A DNA stretch of 59,818 nt, filler included, from Diploschistes diacapsis (Eukaryota), in the NCBI GenBank assembly GCA_023645945.1. It is 6 parts of 6 records of this genome, joined end to end, with 100 filler letters (N's around TTAATTAATTAA, not from the genome) between each part and the next. Parts side by side here need not be neighbours in the genome. Positions count along the whole stretch, not along the records: positions 35,036 to 41,162 come from JALAIB010001433.1; positions 41,263 to 47,389 come from JALAIB010001434.1; positions 47,490 to 53,606 come from JALAIB010001435.1; 3 more parts are not named here. One strand, given 5' to 3'. Numbering within the stretch: position 1 is the stretch's first letter; each line of letters starts with the position of its first letter. The translations under genes were made by a program, and so were the position numbers. This document shows positions 37,950 to 52,059 of the stretch, piece by piece. Below the pieces are notes generated by a model, which ran no database searches, was not told the DNA's origin, and worked only from the letters and a program-made list of their open reading frames with translations.

Positions 37950-38330
37950 AAAAGGTCAAAAAGGCTGAAACACGTCCTTAAAGGCTTTCCTCACGGTTGC
38001 CATCAGGCCACGAGAGAAGGGATAGAGCTCTAACGGGCGGGCATGAGACAGGGCAGACCTCAGCCTGGAGCTACTTACCTATTACATACATAGTGTGTAC
38101 AGAGTTGGGAGAGTCGTATAATTGCCGAGACAAAACAGCTCGGATTCGACCTGACCCGGATCCCGTTCGTCAGCCGTCAACCGGCTTCCTTCTTTTTGTC
38201 CCCCAACCTAGGGGGCTCATGGTCAAGCATGCTAGCTGATGCTCAAAGCTTGTTGCAAGATCTTATCGCCTATAAACAATCAATGCAGCAAGATAGCGGT
38301 GCAAGTATAGACTGCATGAGCCACAACGTC

Positions 38331-38400
38331 TGCATAAATGTGCATACATGTGCATAAATGTGCATAAATGTGCATAAATGTGTATAAATGTGCATACATC
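38331..38400. repeat. 10 bp minisatellite (TGCATAAATG)x7
   Basis: Seven near-identical units read directly. Confidence 0.92.
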
Positions 38401-41400
38401 ATTTGAGTGTACTGTACTGTACATATGGAGGGAGAAGATGGCAGCCGCAACGGTGTAAATTTCCTGGTGGGATGAAACAAACGTTCATTCGGTCCAAAAA
38501 TGGGTCCTTCCACGAGGGGGGGGGCTTTACTACCGAATTTACTACCGGTTTACTAGTAGTAGCCCATTCGTAGCTTCGAGCATTCAGGTCGGGCGGCGGT
38601 ACAAAGGGGCCATCCGGCGCTTGCTTCAAGCAGGGGATTGGAGGGAACATGACGGAATCAATCTCTGTCATCTCGAAATACATGCACCCGAAAAACGAGA
38701 CGGCGTGCAACAAATCGCGACCCACAGAGTTGAATCGATATTAACTGCTGAACTCGTAATCGGCACGCAAGATCGAGCAGCAGCAGCAAGGGGATGTAGG
38801 GTAGTCTAAGAAAAGGTATAGATAGATAGGCGCAGTCGATCATTTTGCATTTTGCTAAGAGGTAGTAGGTCTGTGCCAGCGATTGAGATGCCAATAATAC
38901 ATTCCAGTAATACCGCTAGTAATACCGCTAGTAATTAGTCACTCTCCCATTTTTAGAAACTCGGGCACGGCTCAACCCCTCTCCGTCTGCACGACGACTC
39001 TGCAGCCTGGCCCAATCACTCTATGGGCCTTACCTGGAACATTAAGAGCTGGTACAACTTTAGAGGGTACTTGACGATAGTTAGAGTATGTATTACGAAG
39101 GAACAATACAATAATATAGCGTACCTCCTCCGACTCTGACTCCCGTGCAAAATGCTAATAATTATTTTGCGTTCCGACCTCCTCACCCGTTAGCTCTCGG
39201 GAGCAAAACTCGGCTATCCCTCTAGCCGATGGTCCGGCCTCGGCACGAATCCCACGCGGTCAATCCGGTCTGAGTGGCTGAGTCGACATTAACATATCGA
39301 CAGAACCCAAAAGTGGTACTACTACCCTCATCCATCATCCATCATCCATCATCCATCTCTTAATCACAATCCATCAGTTCGTCAACTGCGATAGCCGGAT
39401 GGAGGACTCACACGATCCGGCAGCAGCCAAGCGTTTCACCTTTATAATCCTGCGACGAGTATGGAGAATCTAGAAACTCTTAGGAGCAGTGGGACGGAAC
39501 CTCGAAGCCGTGGATACCCTACATTCGGCAAGCAAGTGTTGCTTCCAGAAGTTCCAGAACGTGTACACATCTCGGCTTGGAGATGAAGACATTGCTTCAC
39601 ACCTGCAACCCCAGCTAGAAAAATTACTGCATATAGGGCAAGTCAATGGATTTCTCTTGGGATGCTATGCGAATCCTATTGGTCGCCAAGACGACTAGAA
39701 GGATCTCGAAAATCCTCTGAGCAGCCCCATCGTATTCTTCGAGTACGAGTTAACGACGTTTGTGTTACAGGTTCTTCCGAACTCGTTGGCCTACGCGGTT
39801 AGCGCTGGCTGTGCACAAGAAGACACCTTAGGCATGAGTGAGCAGCACGTAGGCATTGCGCAAGACAGGGAGTTGTTCTGAAGTGGCAGAATAGCTCAAG
39901 TGGCTAAGATGGTATTGCGCCTCGCTTGATTTAAAGTTGGTGGTCTGTCGCCGATCTTGCACGTCAGATTTCAGCGACTTGTTGTCGCTTGTGGGCTAAA
40001 ATCTTAATACCCTACGACTAAAGTAAAGGCTGATGTTGCACAAAAATCTCAGCTGGGAGGCTTGTTGTGGGAGGGCGTTTGGTCAAGATGCTCGTGTGTG
40101 CGGATAATGGCATCTGCTGTGGTAGAAGACGAGGCAGCCAGGCTGGGGTTCGCATATCGCTGATGCATCTTTCCCCAAGCAGCCTTGGTTTCCTTTTTTG
40201 GAAGCATACTCCCACGCATGCGGACATGATACCCCGCCCTGCAGAACGACGGTACATCTTTAAGCATTGATATCGATTGCCCACATTGCACACGCTGTTC
40301 TTTTCTTAGTATCCATTCTATGCTGTCAGCTCGCTGCTACGTTATCTCTCTCGCAACCCAAGAGCGGATAGTAATTAATCGTGGCTACATGCCATCAATC
40401 AACCCCGGGCAAATTTACAAACAAACAAAACAACCCTAACACCTGCAGTTTTCAGCAAAGCATAACGCAGACCTGACCTTTGAGTCCAGCCAGCAGGCCA
40501 GAAGGGGGAGCATACCCAGCCGAGCCTCAACTCCAGGCGACGGGGACTCACTTTACGTCTTAAGAAGCCAAGACCAATCGCCCAGCCCAGCGACTACGCA
40601 CCCCTGAAGAGCCAACCACGACATGCCCCATCGATATTCAAGAGCTCTGAATACACCCAGGCTAGCTTTCGACCTTGAACATGCCGACCAAAAAACATGA
40701 GCGCAGCAGAGCAGAGCATTTGGCGCAACATCTTTGCCACGTGTACACACACTACGTAGTTCGATCCCGAAAGCTAGATACCGAAATCTCGTGGCCAAGC
40801 TCGCTCAATACAACTATGCGCTTGATATTATATTATGGATTAATACCGGTCCCCGCTTGGACAGCGAAACGTGGCGTGTGGATGCAGATGCAGCGCGAGT
40901 TTGCGATTTCGTGTGTGTGATACGGGGCGGAGCAGGGGTAGGAAGAGATGCAGAGATATAATTTTTACCCAAGAGCTGAAAATAAAACCTCCGGCGCCCC
41001 GGGTATCCACATATCAGCGGAATTTGACCTGGAACTACTGAGAGGCGGGAAAGGGTGGTGGAAAAGAGCGCGCCTGGGGCACTTCTCCCGCTCGTTCCTC
41101 GCCACTCCCACGATTCCTATTCCTTGCTCATCCTGCCCGTCTCGCTCCAATAACCCTCCCTCNNNNNNNNNNNNNNNNNNNNNNNNNNNNNNNNNNNNNN
41201 NNNNNNTTAATTAATTAANNNNNNNNNNNNNNNNNNNNNNNNNNNNNNNNNNNNNNNNNNNNAGGGAGCTTTGAAAACCGGGGGGGAGGGGGTGACTTTG
41301 TAAACTTGCGGCCCATGAGTTCCGAAAAGTTTGATCCGGGGATCTATTCGGCATTTTCTCAAATGTACAAGTTAAAGTAATATATGCCTGGCCCCTTTCT

Positions 41401-43343
41401 CTACCTTGGCTTCCTTTTTTTTTCTTTTCTATTCTCTTCTTCCCTCTTTTCCGTCTCTATATAGCGTATACAGTAGATATCGTAGCCAAGAGTAGAGCAC
41501 GCTGCGAACACTATTCCACCAACCCCCCCCCCCCCCTCTCATTTCCTTTCTTTTCTGTCAGTTGCAATTGGCCTACCTCGAGCTGTCATCTGACCGTAGG
41601 TATTTGTCTCCGCCAAGTCACACCTTGGCACTCGCTCCCACCTCTTGTCCTTCGTTCCGACTAGGCGGAAGCTGTCCCGCGGAAGTTCACACCCCCAACT
41701 TCACTGTTCGTCGCTACCACCCGTGACCTATCCCACAACTAATTCCTTCACCTGTACCTGCTCGCCAGTGTAGCGAAGCTCATCCACGGTGGACGGTCAC
41801 GGGATACGTGCATCTCCAGACAACAGGTTGCCGAGGGATGATATCAAACGTCACGAACTAGCGCTTCAATTGCCGGGACGGGGGGGAGATCCCGAATCCG
41901 GTACACGAGGCGGTCCCGGAAAAAATTTGGTAATGGGGTTCCCCGTATGGGATAATCCAACGCTTTTGCTTAACTGATGCCGAAAGGGCCTCCACTGTTG
42001 TAGCTGCGCCGATGGGAGGTTGCGTGGGCCTGACAATAGACCCAAGATAGCGTTATTGTGAGACGAGCCTTGGACGACAGAGGAAAGTGAAAGGCGTAAG
42101 ATTCGGGACCTCGCATGATCTATGCTGCGCAGCACCTGGCTCAGCCAATCTCTGCTTCGAGGCTCCGCGGTGGAGGAGGGAACCCAACGGGCTTTGACCA
42201 TGGGTGCAACGAGCTCGTCGGTCTTGACTCGGAATTCGCAATAAAACTGGGCAAAGACCAGCTTGCGCTTGAGACAAGAGTAAGACCCGCAAGACGGTTT
42301 CTGTTGGGCCAGTCTAATCAGCACATGTCGCTCCGGCCTGCAACGAGATCGCTGCAACCTTTTTCCTTTGTCAACCTCTCCTAATCGTAGGCAAGGCATG
42401 ATGGTGCGGCTATCGCCACCTCGCCCGAAATGGCCTTCAGTCTGTGCCAAGCTTTCCTCACTTGATCCGTTCCAACACATGAATGATATATATCGTCTGT
42501 CTACCGTGGGACAGTTTTTGTATCAACATCTGATTTCCTGCACGTGTATGAAAGATACCGCGCCGGCCATCTTGCCGTTTTGGCGACCTGCGACAAGAAC
42601 CCCCAACCGTCAAACGATAAGAGTAGAATTTGACCGGTTCCGCCATGCATGAAACGTCGGCTCTGCTGTTCAAGCTAGGTTGTTGCAAACGCATCAATCC
42701 CTTACGCTAACCGATCCGAACTCCCCTCCCTGTGCAAAGCTCGGATCATATCTTGTCAGGGCCTCGACTTCCCGGCGAGTTGGCAAAACCTATGCCGATT
42801 GCCCAAACTCACACGCAAATAATGCCGGCTCGGATTATTGGATCTTCCACAGCGGAGATACGAGGCAATCCAAGTTGAGCGGGCAGCCTGTCGTACCTCC
42901 TCACCTCTTGGCTTATTCCTGCGTTGATGGAGTCGGTTGTAATGACCAAATACTGGATCCACAACGACGCTGCGATCATCTCAATCACCAGTATCCTCGA
43001 GTGCCCCTTCAAGCGTCGTGCGAGGGAACCCCAAGCGGCGCTCTGGAGTGGCTTGTCGAAGATTCATACGAGTAAGGTGAATGCCGCCGAATTCGAGCAT
43101 GATGTACACTCGAACTAACAACTCTTATCTCGCGCCGACTTTTTGAGCCAGTGGTTAGAGCGGACAGGGCCGCAAACCAACTGTATCCGATATCGTGATC
43201 AATTCGGAGAAAGCCTCCAGGTGTCTGTTCTGCCTGTGTTGTTATCCGAGTGCGAGAACTCACAGAGTGAGGCGATGCAGTGCCAAATCCCCTTCCCGAA
43301 GAGACCAGAGTGTAACGCATTTACAATCGGTAGCATAAATTCG

Positions 43344-44549
43344 TCACTGCCGGCGATTCGCGCGTCTGTTGCGCGTTAGCATCCATTATTGCCCAAAAAT
43401 TGAGTTCTCAGATAAGTGAAGATCTTGTACACCCCCCATCCGATCGATCAACCATTCTGCCCATGGTGGTCTCGAACCTCAAGCGCCAGTGTGGCGAGAC
43501 GGTTCAGACCGGGAGAGTCTCGTGTTCATGGGCCGATCCCAAGGGGGAAAGGTTCGTAGGCCACTTCGCGCTGGACACAATGGACGAAAGCAAAGAAGAA
43601 AAAAGGAAACGACTCACGCGCTTGCAAATCGACACTCTCTGCCAGACTTTTCACATTGCACACACTTGGGCTCGGCGGGGTCACACTTGATCTTCTTCTC
43701 CCGGCAGGTCAGGCATGCTATAGCGAGTCTCTTTCTTGGCTTTCCGGCTTTTGTGACACCCCATTGACCATTGACCAGCTCGCCATCGATAACTTTTCTC
43801 ACATGTGTCCCGTCGTCATAAACGAAGCAAGGGCCTTCTCCGGGAAATAGCTGTTCCCCAAGCAGCTTTGGCACCGGCTTCGTCGGACTGGTCGGGTCCG
43901 GACTTGATGGGTGGTCCATCGGGTCTCTCAGTGGTCCCGGAAATTGAGGTTTGTATTGTTGGTGCCGGTAGCCAGCTGGATCGTGCGGGGGAGGAAAGGG
44001 TGGCAACCCACCAGGCGCTGCTGCGTAGGCTCCAGGTCCCATCTCCGTGGAGCCCATTCCTGGACCTGGATACTGAGCGCCGGTGGGATACTGTGCGGCG
44101 GGAAACTGGGAGGGTGGATGGGGCAGTACGGCCTGAGGCGGGAGATAGCCTGAACGAGGATGGAGCCCCTCCAAGCCGCCCTTGGACCATCCATAGAGAT
44201 GCCTTGCTGCTGCTTCGGTCGGCGGAAGCGGTTCAGGCTTTTGAGCGCGGTTGAGCTCAGAGGGCCGGGGCGGCGAGGCCGGCGTCAAGAGTTGGTTCAC
44301 ACTTGGAAGCTTCTCATGCCTCGAGGAGCTCGAGCCTGGGGAGCCGGACGTCCTCGACCGTGAGGAGTCATACCGTCGAGGATCGGTGAAGCCTGGCCGC
44401 GGATCACTGCCGAAATTCAATTTCGTGGGCAACGGTAATCTGACCTGATTTGCAAGCATTCTGGGATCTGTCCTGGTTGGGGGTGGAGTCTCGGGCTTCT
44501 TAGGAGCAGGCAAAATTCGTCCAAAAGGTCCAATGTAGGAATCTCCCAT
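43344..44549 (-). CDS. Zn(II)2Cys6 transcription factor with a C-terminal zinc cluster
   Basis: WGVTKAGKPRKRLAIACLTCREKKIKCDPAEPKCVQCEKSGREC. GT donor at ~43617; a likely acceptor (gctaac...cag) at ~43366 gives ARANRRQ*. The 3' end is uncertain. Confidence 0.85.
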
Positions 44550-45634
44550 GTGACGAAAAGGAAGCCGCTAAGAGAGCGAGATATACTTGTTTAAGTAGAT
44601 AGATCATGAACGGAGCAAGCATCGGATTCAGCCTTCTCCCGGCAATGCCGGAAGCTATATGTATGAAAAAATAAGTCACCGTGCGTGGGCTTGCCTTTCA
44701 AGAGAGGAAGGACCGACGGACGGACGACTGCGTTCTTCGTAGGGCTAATGGAGAAAGAAAAAGCGAGAGGCCAAAGCTAATACTGTAGACAATACGTCCC
44801 AATCACAACGGACCCGAAGGGGAAAGACTGAGTGAACTCTGGCGCAACCGCAACTCGAACTGTTGTTCAGAAGCAGGCATCAGTAGGTAGGCACTTTCAT
44901 TAGTTCTCAGTAAAAAGCGGGGAACCAACTGGTAGCCCGCTTCCAGTGATGGGGGCTTCCAGAAGGCGAGCTTAAAGAGGGAAGTGGGCTATTGTGGAAA
45001 GAAAGTCTAAACACACGACGACAAGGCAAGGACGAACAGTAGCATGTTCCAGGACCTATATGATGCAGGTAATTACCATGGGCTCAAAAGGGACGCTCGT
45101 CCAGTGTGAAGCTGTATAAAACGAGCACAGGTTTTTCTATCTTTGGTACTTTGCACAGCGGGAGGCTGGGCATAGTAGATGGATAGATAGATAGACAGCC
45201 TAGACTTGAAGTGCAAAGTAGGCTTGACGAGGCGGCTTCAGTATGTGGCTGACTGGTGTTCAGTTACAAGCTGCTGCTGCGGACGGTGCGAGTATGTGAA
45301 ACGACTGAATCCCGAATCCCTTTTGCGGTGAATGAATGCAGAACCTTGAGAAGCGTGCGTGCGTGCGTGCGTACCTCTCCGGGATTCAAAGATCAGATTG
45401 TGGTGCTCAGCCAGCAGGGGGTTGACGAGGAAATTGATAAAAGCACAACCCTTTGAAAAAAGGTAACAGAGAAACTAGTAAAAAGGGAGCTGCTACCAGC
45501 TTCTTCCTTAACAAGCCAACACCAGCCTTGGAACCCTTGTACCCCTGCAATAACCCGCACGCTACTGACGCTGCCTGCCTTCAGGTTCATATGAAGTTGT
45601 TAGTCTGTACATTAAAGGTCAGTTGTGCAATTAA

Positions 45635-45746
45635 TGAAGAGAGAAAGAAAGGGAAAAGAGAGAGAGAAAGAGTGAAAGAGTGAAAGAAGAAAAGAAAAGA
45701 AAAGAAAAGAAAAGAAAAGGAGAAGAGAAAAATAATAATAAAGAGA

Positions 45747-45786
<40 letters not shown>

Positions 45787-45805
45787 CAGAGAGACAGAGA
45801 AAAAC
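45635..45805. repeat. Polypurine GA/GAAAA microsatellite tract
   Basis: (aaaga)n and (ga)n runs. Confidence 0.9.
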
Positions 45806-45909
45806 GCAGTAAATCGGGCTTGAAGCCCAGCAGATAATGGGCGTCAACGGTTGCTTGGCAACGCTGCAACATTGGATGTAGGAGGAACATGGGACTAACT
45901 ACTTGTAGC

Positions 45910-46110
45910 ATATTTGAAAGGATTAATATATAATATATAATATTTATGTAATTTATATAGATGAACTATTCGGGCCCGATTAATAGTGGGTTAATAAGTA
46001 ATCAATTAACCGTTAATTTCGTGGAAATATTAACCTAATAGGTTAGTTTGATTAATTATGTCCTAGAATATGGAATATCTTAGTAATCATTACTAATTAC
46101 TATTGGTGTG
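45910..46110. mobile_element. Short AT-rich RIP-like remnant
   Basis: Local AT/TpA enrichment with no ORF. Confidence 0.4.
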
Positions 46111-48200
46111 AAATGTGCCTATAAATCGCCTCTCACCCTCCATTGTTTATAATAAGCATTGCTGAACCAGCCGTCAGCTAAGCAGGCTAGACAGGCTAGG
46201 AATAACTTCTTTAGTTAGGATTAGCTTGGAATATATCTTACCCAATACCATTCGGAACCTGCTCACACATTTCACCTACTTTTACTTTTATGGAATATGG
46301 GAACCGATGACGATGAAATGCGGTGGTGGTGGAGCAACATTGGCATCGACAAACCAGCCTTCCCGCCTGGCCTCCAGCCAGCACCCATCCGCTGCTGCGA
46401 TATGAAATCTCAAGGGTGAAAGCAAATAGCTCGATAATTATGGGTTACCAGTAGCTACCGTGGACAGCTCTAGATAGCAAGAGCTGTCAAGCCTAGAATA
46501 ACTTCGTACTGGGTCTTAAGTCCGGTACAACGGTTCCACCGCGTACATACAGCCTGAGCGAATAATGAGTGCGTATATATAGTAATCTGCATGACCGCTG
46601 CATGTTCAGACGATTCGCTGTAACGTCCCCAGATGGGGGAAAGTGGGCGTTTTGCAGGCTCTCTCATGGATCCCTTGGAGCTTTTCTCGTACTCTTGACA
46701 TCTACACCAAGTACCTAGGTGCATGTACAGATTGTAGAGTTCGTAAATGATACGAGGACCAGAGGGGACAGTGCCGATATGGAAGTAGCAACCTGTTCGC
46801 AACTTAGAACAGGGGAAAGCAACCGGATGCGATGTCACGGTAGGTACTGCGCTTCCTGGCTCCTGGCTCCTGTCTCCGAACTCGCCGCTTGCATTTTGCA
46901 GGGTCCAAGTGGCTGGTTTACTGGGTGCAATGCACGATCAGAGACGTTGTAACGTTCCGGAAGACTCCCTGTGGCCCTCTTAACCTTCTTGCATCCTCTC
47001 GCTCAAGTTTGCGCTTCACAGTCTCTCTAAATTTACAAAATTTAGCATGTGAGGTGCATCGGCATTCTTTGGATCATGTCGACCTCCGTTGTCCATCGAC
47101 CGCTCGTCGTAATCGTGGAGGAGCGGAGGGAGCGCCGACGACACAGTTGGTGAGCGAGCTGTTCACCAGAGACAAAACTTCCTGCTACTTGCACTGGTGG
47201 GAAAGCATTTCGTGAACCGAGTATTGGCAAAGCAGTGTGTTTCGTACCGAAGTCCGCCCCCTGTAAAGACCAGTATCCGTGTTGAAGTCAGGCAAATTAT
47301 GGCCAAAGAGAATTAGTTTAGAGGTCGGGGGTGGATTCACTTTGGAGGAATTTTATGAGATCAGCGTTGGGGCTGGGCTGGGCTGGGTTNNNNNNNNNNN
47401 NNNNNNNNNNNNNNNNNNNNNNNNNNNNNNNNNTTAATTAATTAANNNNNNNNNNNNNNNNNNNNNNNNNNNNNNNNNNNNNNNNNNNNTGGTGGTGGTG
47501 GTGGTGATTCTTGGTAACGTTGGATTGAAATATGGGGAAGTAAACGGAAAGAGATCCAGACGGAACGGAACGGAACAGAATAAAACAGAATAGAATAAAA
47601 TAAAATAAAATAGAACATTAAACTCGAAAACGGTAGCTCATATCTAGTTTATTCTTCTCTTTCGAAACTGGTCTATTTCGTCGCGCTTGATCCGATAGCT
47701 CTTGCACATGACTCGGTCGGTTAGCTTGGCTGAAAACATGCAGTACTCGATAGACTGCATGCAACAAGTGAATGAGCAGCTGGGGCTTGGAAAGAAAAGC
47801 GGGTGTCATATAGATAGATGGATTGAATGATCGAAATAAGTATATGTATACGCAACTGACCATGGCATGCATGCGTCTATTCTGCTCATCCAGAAACAAA
47901 TGTACCAGGTGGGTAAAGTGCTGCTGTCCCGTCCCTGCTCTACTATACCTGTTCGCTTTAATCCCACTTTTCGCTTTCCGCTTTGCCACCCAGTTGGTCG
48001 TCACAGGGGGTCGGAGAAGTCTTTGTATCACCTTCCATGCCTGCTGGCCCATCCGAACCAAGTCCAATGCAAAAGGGGAAAAAAAAAAGAAGAAACGCAT
48101 GCTCGCCTCGCCCATCGCACCTCGAATTCCAATATGCAATCAACCACCCCACCCCTAACTGCCTCCGCCATCCACCAACCACGCTGTTCCATCCTTCTGA

Positions 48201-51200
48201 TTATTCCCCCTTGTACTTCTTTTGCCTCACGCTAAACGCCACCTCCAGCAGCTCCTGCTCCTCCTTGACATGACTCCCCTTCAACCCTGTCGCCACGCTC
48301 GCACTCGGATTCCTGCCCGCATAAAGGACATGCTTGTGGCTATGATGCCTCGTCTCGTTCAGCAGCGTCTCGATGCGCGGCTGCGTGAAGCTCCACCCGC
48401 CCGCATTCAGCGGCTCCTCCTGCGCCCACACGATGTTCTTCGCGTTCGGATACATGTCCAGGTTCTCTCGCAGCTGTTTCCAGGGGAACGGGTTGAGCTG
48501 CTCGATTCGCGTGATGGCCGCGTCCTTGATGCCCTTGTCGGCCCGGTGCTTGTGCAGCGCGACGTAGGCCTGGCCCGTGCAGATGATGACGCGGGAGATT
48601 TCGTCGGGGGGGTTGATGTCGTTGGAGGCGTGCGCGGGGTCCGGGATGATCCACTGGAAGTGGGAGTCGCCGGTGAAGTCGGAGAGGGAGGAGCGGGCGA
48701 GGGGGTGGCGGAGGAGGGATTTGGAGAAGAAAATCGCAAGGGCTTGGGGAAAGTGTCAGTGAGACGGAGATCAAGGGGAACAAGGGCGTGTGCTTACGCT
48801 TTCGGAACTGACGGTTCATTTGGCGACGTAGAACGTGGAAGAGGTTGGCGGGAGTGGTCATGTAGGCGATCTGCATGTTGCAGTCTTGGTGCTGTCGGTC
48901 TAGTCTCTCTTCCGATGGGAAGATACGTGGGTCTTCGTTGCAGAGTTGCAGGTAGCGCTCCATCCTGCCCGAAGAGTGCTCAGGTCCTTGGCCGTCGTAA
49001 CCGTGAGGCAAAGAAAGGACGAGACCCGTTCGCTGGAACCACTTGACTTCGCCGGAGGCAATGAACTGATCGATGATGCATTGAGCGTTGTTGGCAAAGT
49101 CCCCAAATTGTGCTTCCCACATGACAAGGGCATTTGGCGATGATAGCGAGTAGCCATACTCGAAGCCGAGTCTATCACAAGATTAGCGCGTGATTGAGGA
49201 CCATTAGAGACGAACCTACACTCCGAACTCGCTCAAGGAAGAATTAGCGATCCTGAACGTGCCTTGCTTAGGATCGAGGTCCATCAGAGGGGTGTATGTG
49301 GACTCATTCTCTTGATCGTGAAGGACGGCGTGGCGTTGAGAGAAAGTCCCTCGCTCTACGTCTTGGCCGGAAACGCGTATATGATGACCATCCAAACAGA
49401 GCGTGCCGAACGCCAAAGCCTCGGCAGTCGCCCAGTCGATATTCTTGCCTTCCTCAACGGTCTTTTGCCTTCCAGCCAAGATACGCTTGAGGTTACGGTG
49501 CACGTTGAAGCCCTCTGGACCGCCCATCTTCTTAGCAATGCGTCTCAGGCTATCGGCATCAACTGCCGTGGGATGATGGGGCAGAACTTCGGTAGCAAGC
49601 TCCTTCGGGGATTTGAAATTATGCCAGGCTGAAGTCAACCATTCTTTTGCCGAAGGCTGGTAGTCCTTGCTTCGATCGAAGCTATCAGTGAGCATGCCCC
49701 AAACCCACTTCTTGTGCTCCTCGATGTCGTCCTTGGTGAAGGTCTTCTCTTGGAGGAGCTTTGTTTCGTACTTCTTTAGCTGCGATTCCATCTCGCTGAT
49801 GCGCTTGTACATGCGAGGCTGCGTGAAGGATGGCTGATCCGTCTCGTTATGTCCATATTTACGATAGCAGACAATGTCAATAACAATGTCCTTCTTGAAT
49901 TCAGCGCGCCAATCTGCAGCGATCTGACAAATATGGTTGAGTGTCTCGACGTCGTCTCCGTTGACGTGGAACACCGGAGCCTCTATCGCCTTGGCGATAT
50001 CGGAGCAGTATGGGGTCGATCGAGCGAATCTAGGGTCCGTAGTGAAGCCAATCTGGTTGTTCACCACGAGATGGATCGTACCGCCGGTGGAGTAGGCAGG
50101 CAGCGAGTGGAAGCCCATCGACTCGTACACGATACCCTGAGCAGCAAATGCAGCGTCACCGTGCAGAAGGACACTCATTGCGGTCGTGAAATCCTTCTCG
50201 TCATTGTTGTAGTGCTGAATTGCCCGAGTCTTGCCCAGCACGACCGGATCTTCAGCTTCCAGATGCGAGGGGTTTGCAACCAAGGAAAGCTGGACACGCT
50301 TGCCGGACGGCGTTGGACGCTCAAAGTTCATGCCCAGGTGGTACTTGACGTCTCCTGAGCCTTCGTCAGAGGGTTCCGCAAGACCACCAAATTCGCTGAA
50401 GATGGATTCGTTGGGTTTCCGAACAACGTTGCTAAGAACGTTCAAACGGCCACGGTGGGGCATGCCGATAACGATGTCTTTGACGCCATAGTCAACGCTC
50501 CTGTCAATCAAAGCTTTCATTCCTGGTACAAGGGTCTCGCATCCTTCCAATCCGAATCGCTTGTCGTTGGGGAATTTTGTTGCGAGGAAAGACTCGAAGC
50601 TCGAACTCCAGATGAGGCGGTCGAGAATGCGTCGCTTGTCGTCCACAGAGTATTTGAATGGTTGAGGAGTCTCGATGCGCTCCCGAAGCCAATCACACTG
50701 ACCACGGTCGGAGATATGGATATATTCTACTCCATAAGACCCGCAGTAGATCTTTTCGCATGCAGCAATAATTTCACGGAGTGTCATCTTGTCTCTACTC
50801 TCAGTCTTGAACCGCGGTAATATGCCGGGTCCCAAATTGAACTTTTGATCCAGGTCCTTCTCCGTGAATTGGTAATGACTGAGTTCCAGCTCTTTCGGCC
50901 TCTGATAACCAAACGCTTCTGCTTCGCCCCGAATGCCTAACGGGTCCGTACGAGCTTTGTGGTGGCCTCTTGCTTGATATGCGCGTACGAGAAGCTGTAC
51001 TTTCAGATGGTTGGTGACTTCAGGAGAAGCAGGAGACATTCCCACTCCAGGCATGATTTGCGCAACCCCTCCTGTGGGAACCGGAACGATTGTCGGAGGA
51101 GGCTGAAAGGCCTGCGATATTGGCATCTCGCCATCCTCCATGTTCTTGAAGTAGACCTGCCATGAGATGTGCACGCTCGATGGGTCCTTCTTCCAGGAGA

Positions 51201-51458
51201 GGTACATCTCATCAACATAGTTGGCGGTGTTGCCATGGAGAAATGAGTCGTTCGGATCCTTGCACGATCAACAATTAAACGGTAATTGGGAAGAGTCTGC
51301 CTTACTACGCCCTTGTTTGTTTGATCAGCGGCCACGGCATACCTTCGTCTTTGCACAGGAGCTCCTGACTGCAGACTCGCAGCGAGGCCTGAGCATCGTG
51401 GAGCTCTCAAGGACGCACGAACCGTGCAAACCCCACGTAGCGCAGCGTTACGAAACAT
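48201..51458 (-). CDS. KGD1: 2-oxoglutarate dehydrogenase E1 component, mitochondrial
   Basis: [58 protein letters not shown] and [10 protein letters not shown]. Multi-exon. Confidence 0.97.
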
Positions 51459-52059
51459 GGCACAAGAGCACGAACACTGGTGAGAAAAGAAAAGTCCTTA
51501 AGGACAAAGCTTTGTTTTGTGAGAATGAGAAAATACCTCATGCAGAGTTGGGTAAACGGACCTTCCCCAGACGATTGGCTGCAAGACCAGAACTACTTTA
51601 CCATGCGATGATGCACATCAGCCACACTTGTACTAGGCTTCATCTGGGCACGATTGCCGCCACACCACAGCAACGTCGGTGGCTGAGAATCCTGGTTTCG
51701 ACCAATCATTAATCATCTGTCTAACGGTATTGACTCATTATGTGGACGGCATGCAAGTGCTATAGTAGGAATGGTTGAGATGTTTCGCCGCAATAGTGAG
51801 TATCGAACCTTTGAGACTGTTATCGAGAAGCTTGGGTAGAAGTCTTCAATAAGCCTAGAAGTTGGCCAAAGCCCTGAGAGGATGACCTCTTGTTCATCCC
51901 AACGGATATATTTTCTACGAAGCCACGGTGATATCGCCAGCAACTGCTGATTCAAGATATGAGTAGGTGATTGAGGAGGCATGGTGGTCGGAAGTGATAT
52001 CGAGTGTCGGTACTTACTTTTCATGATAAATCATTCATCCCCACACACTGGCCTGCAAA

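Noticed and set aside
38331..38400. CRISPR-like array
   Set aside because: Contiguous 10 bp units with no spacers, in a eukaryotic genome.
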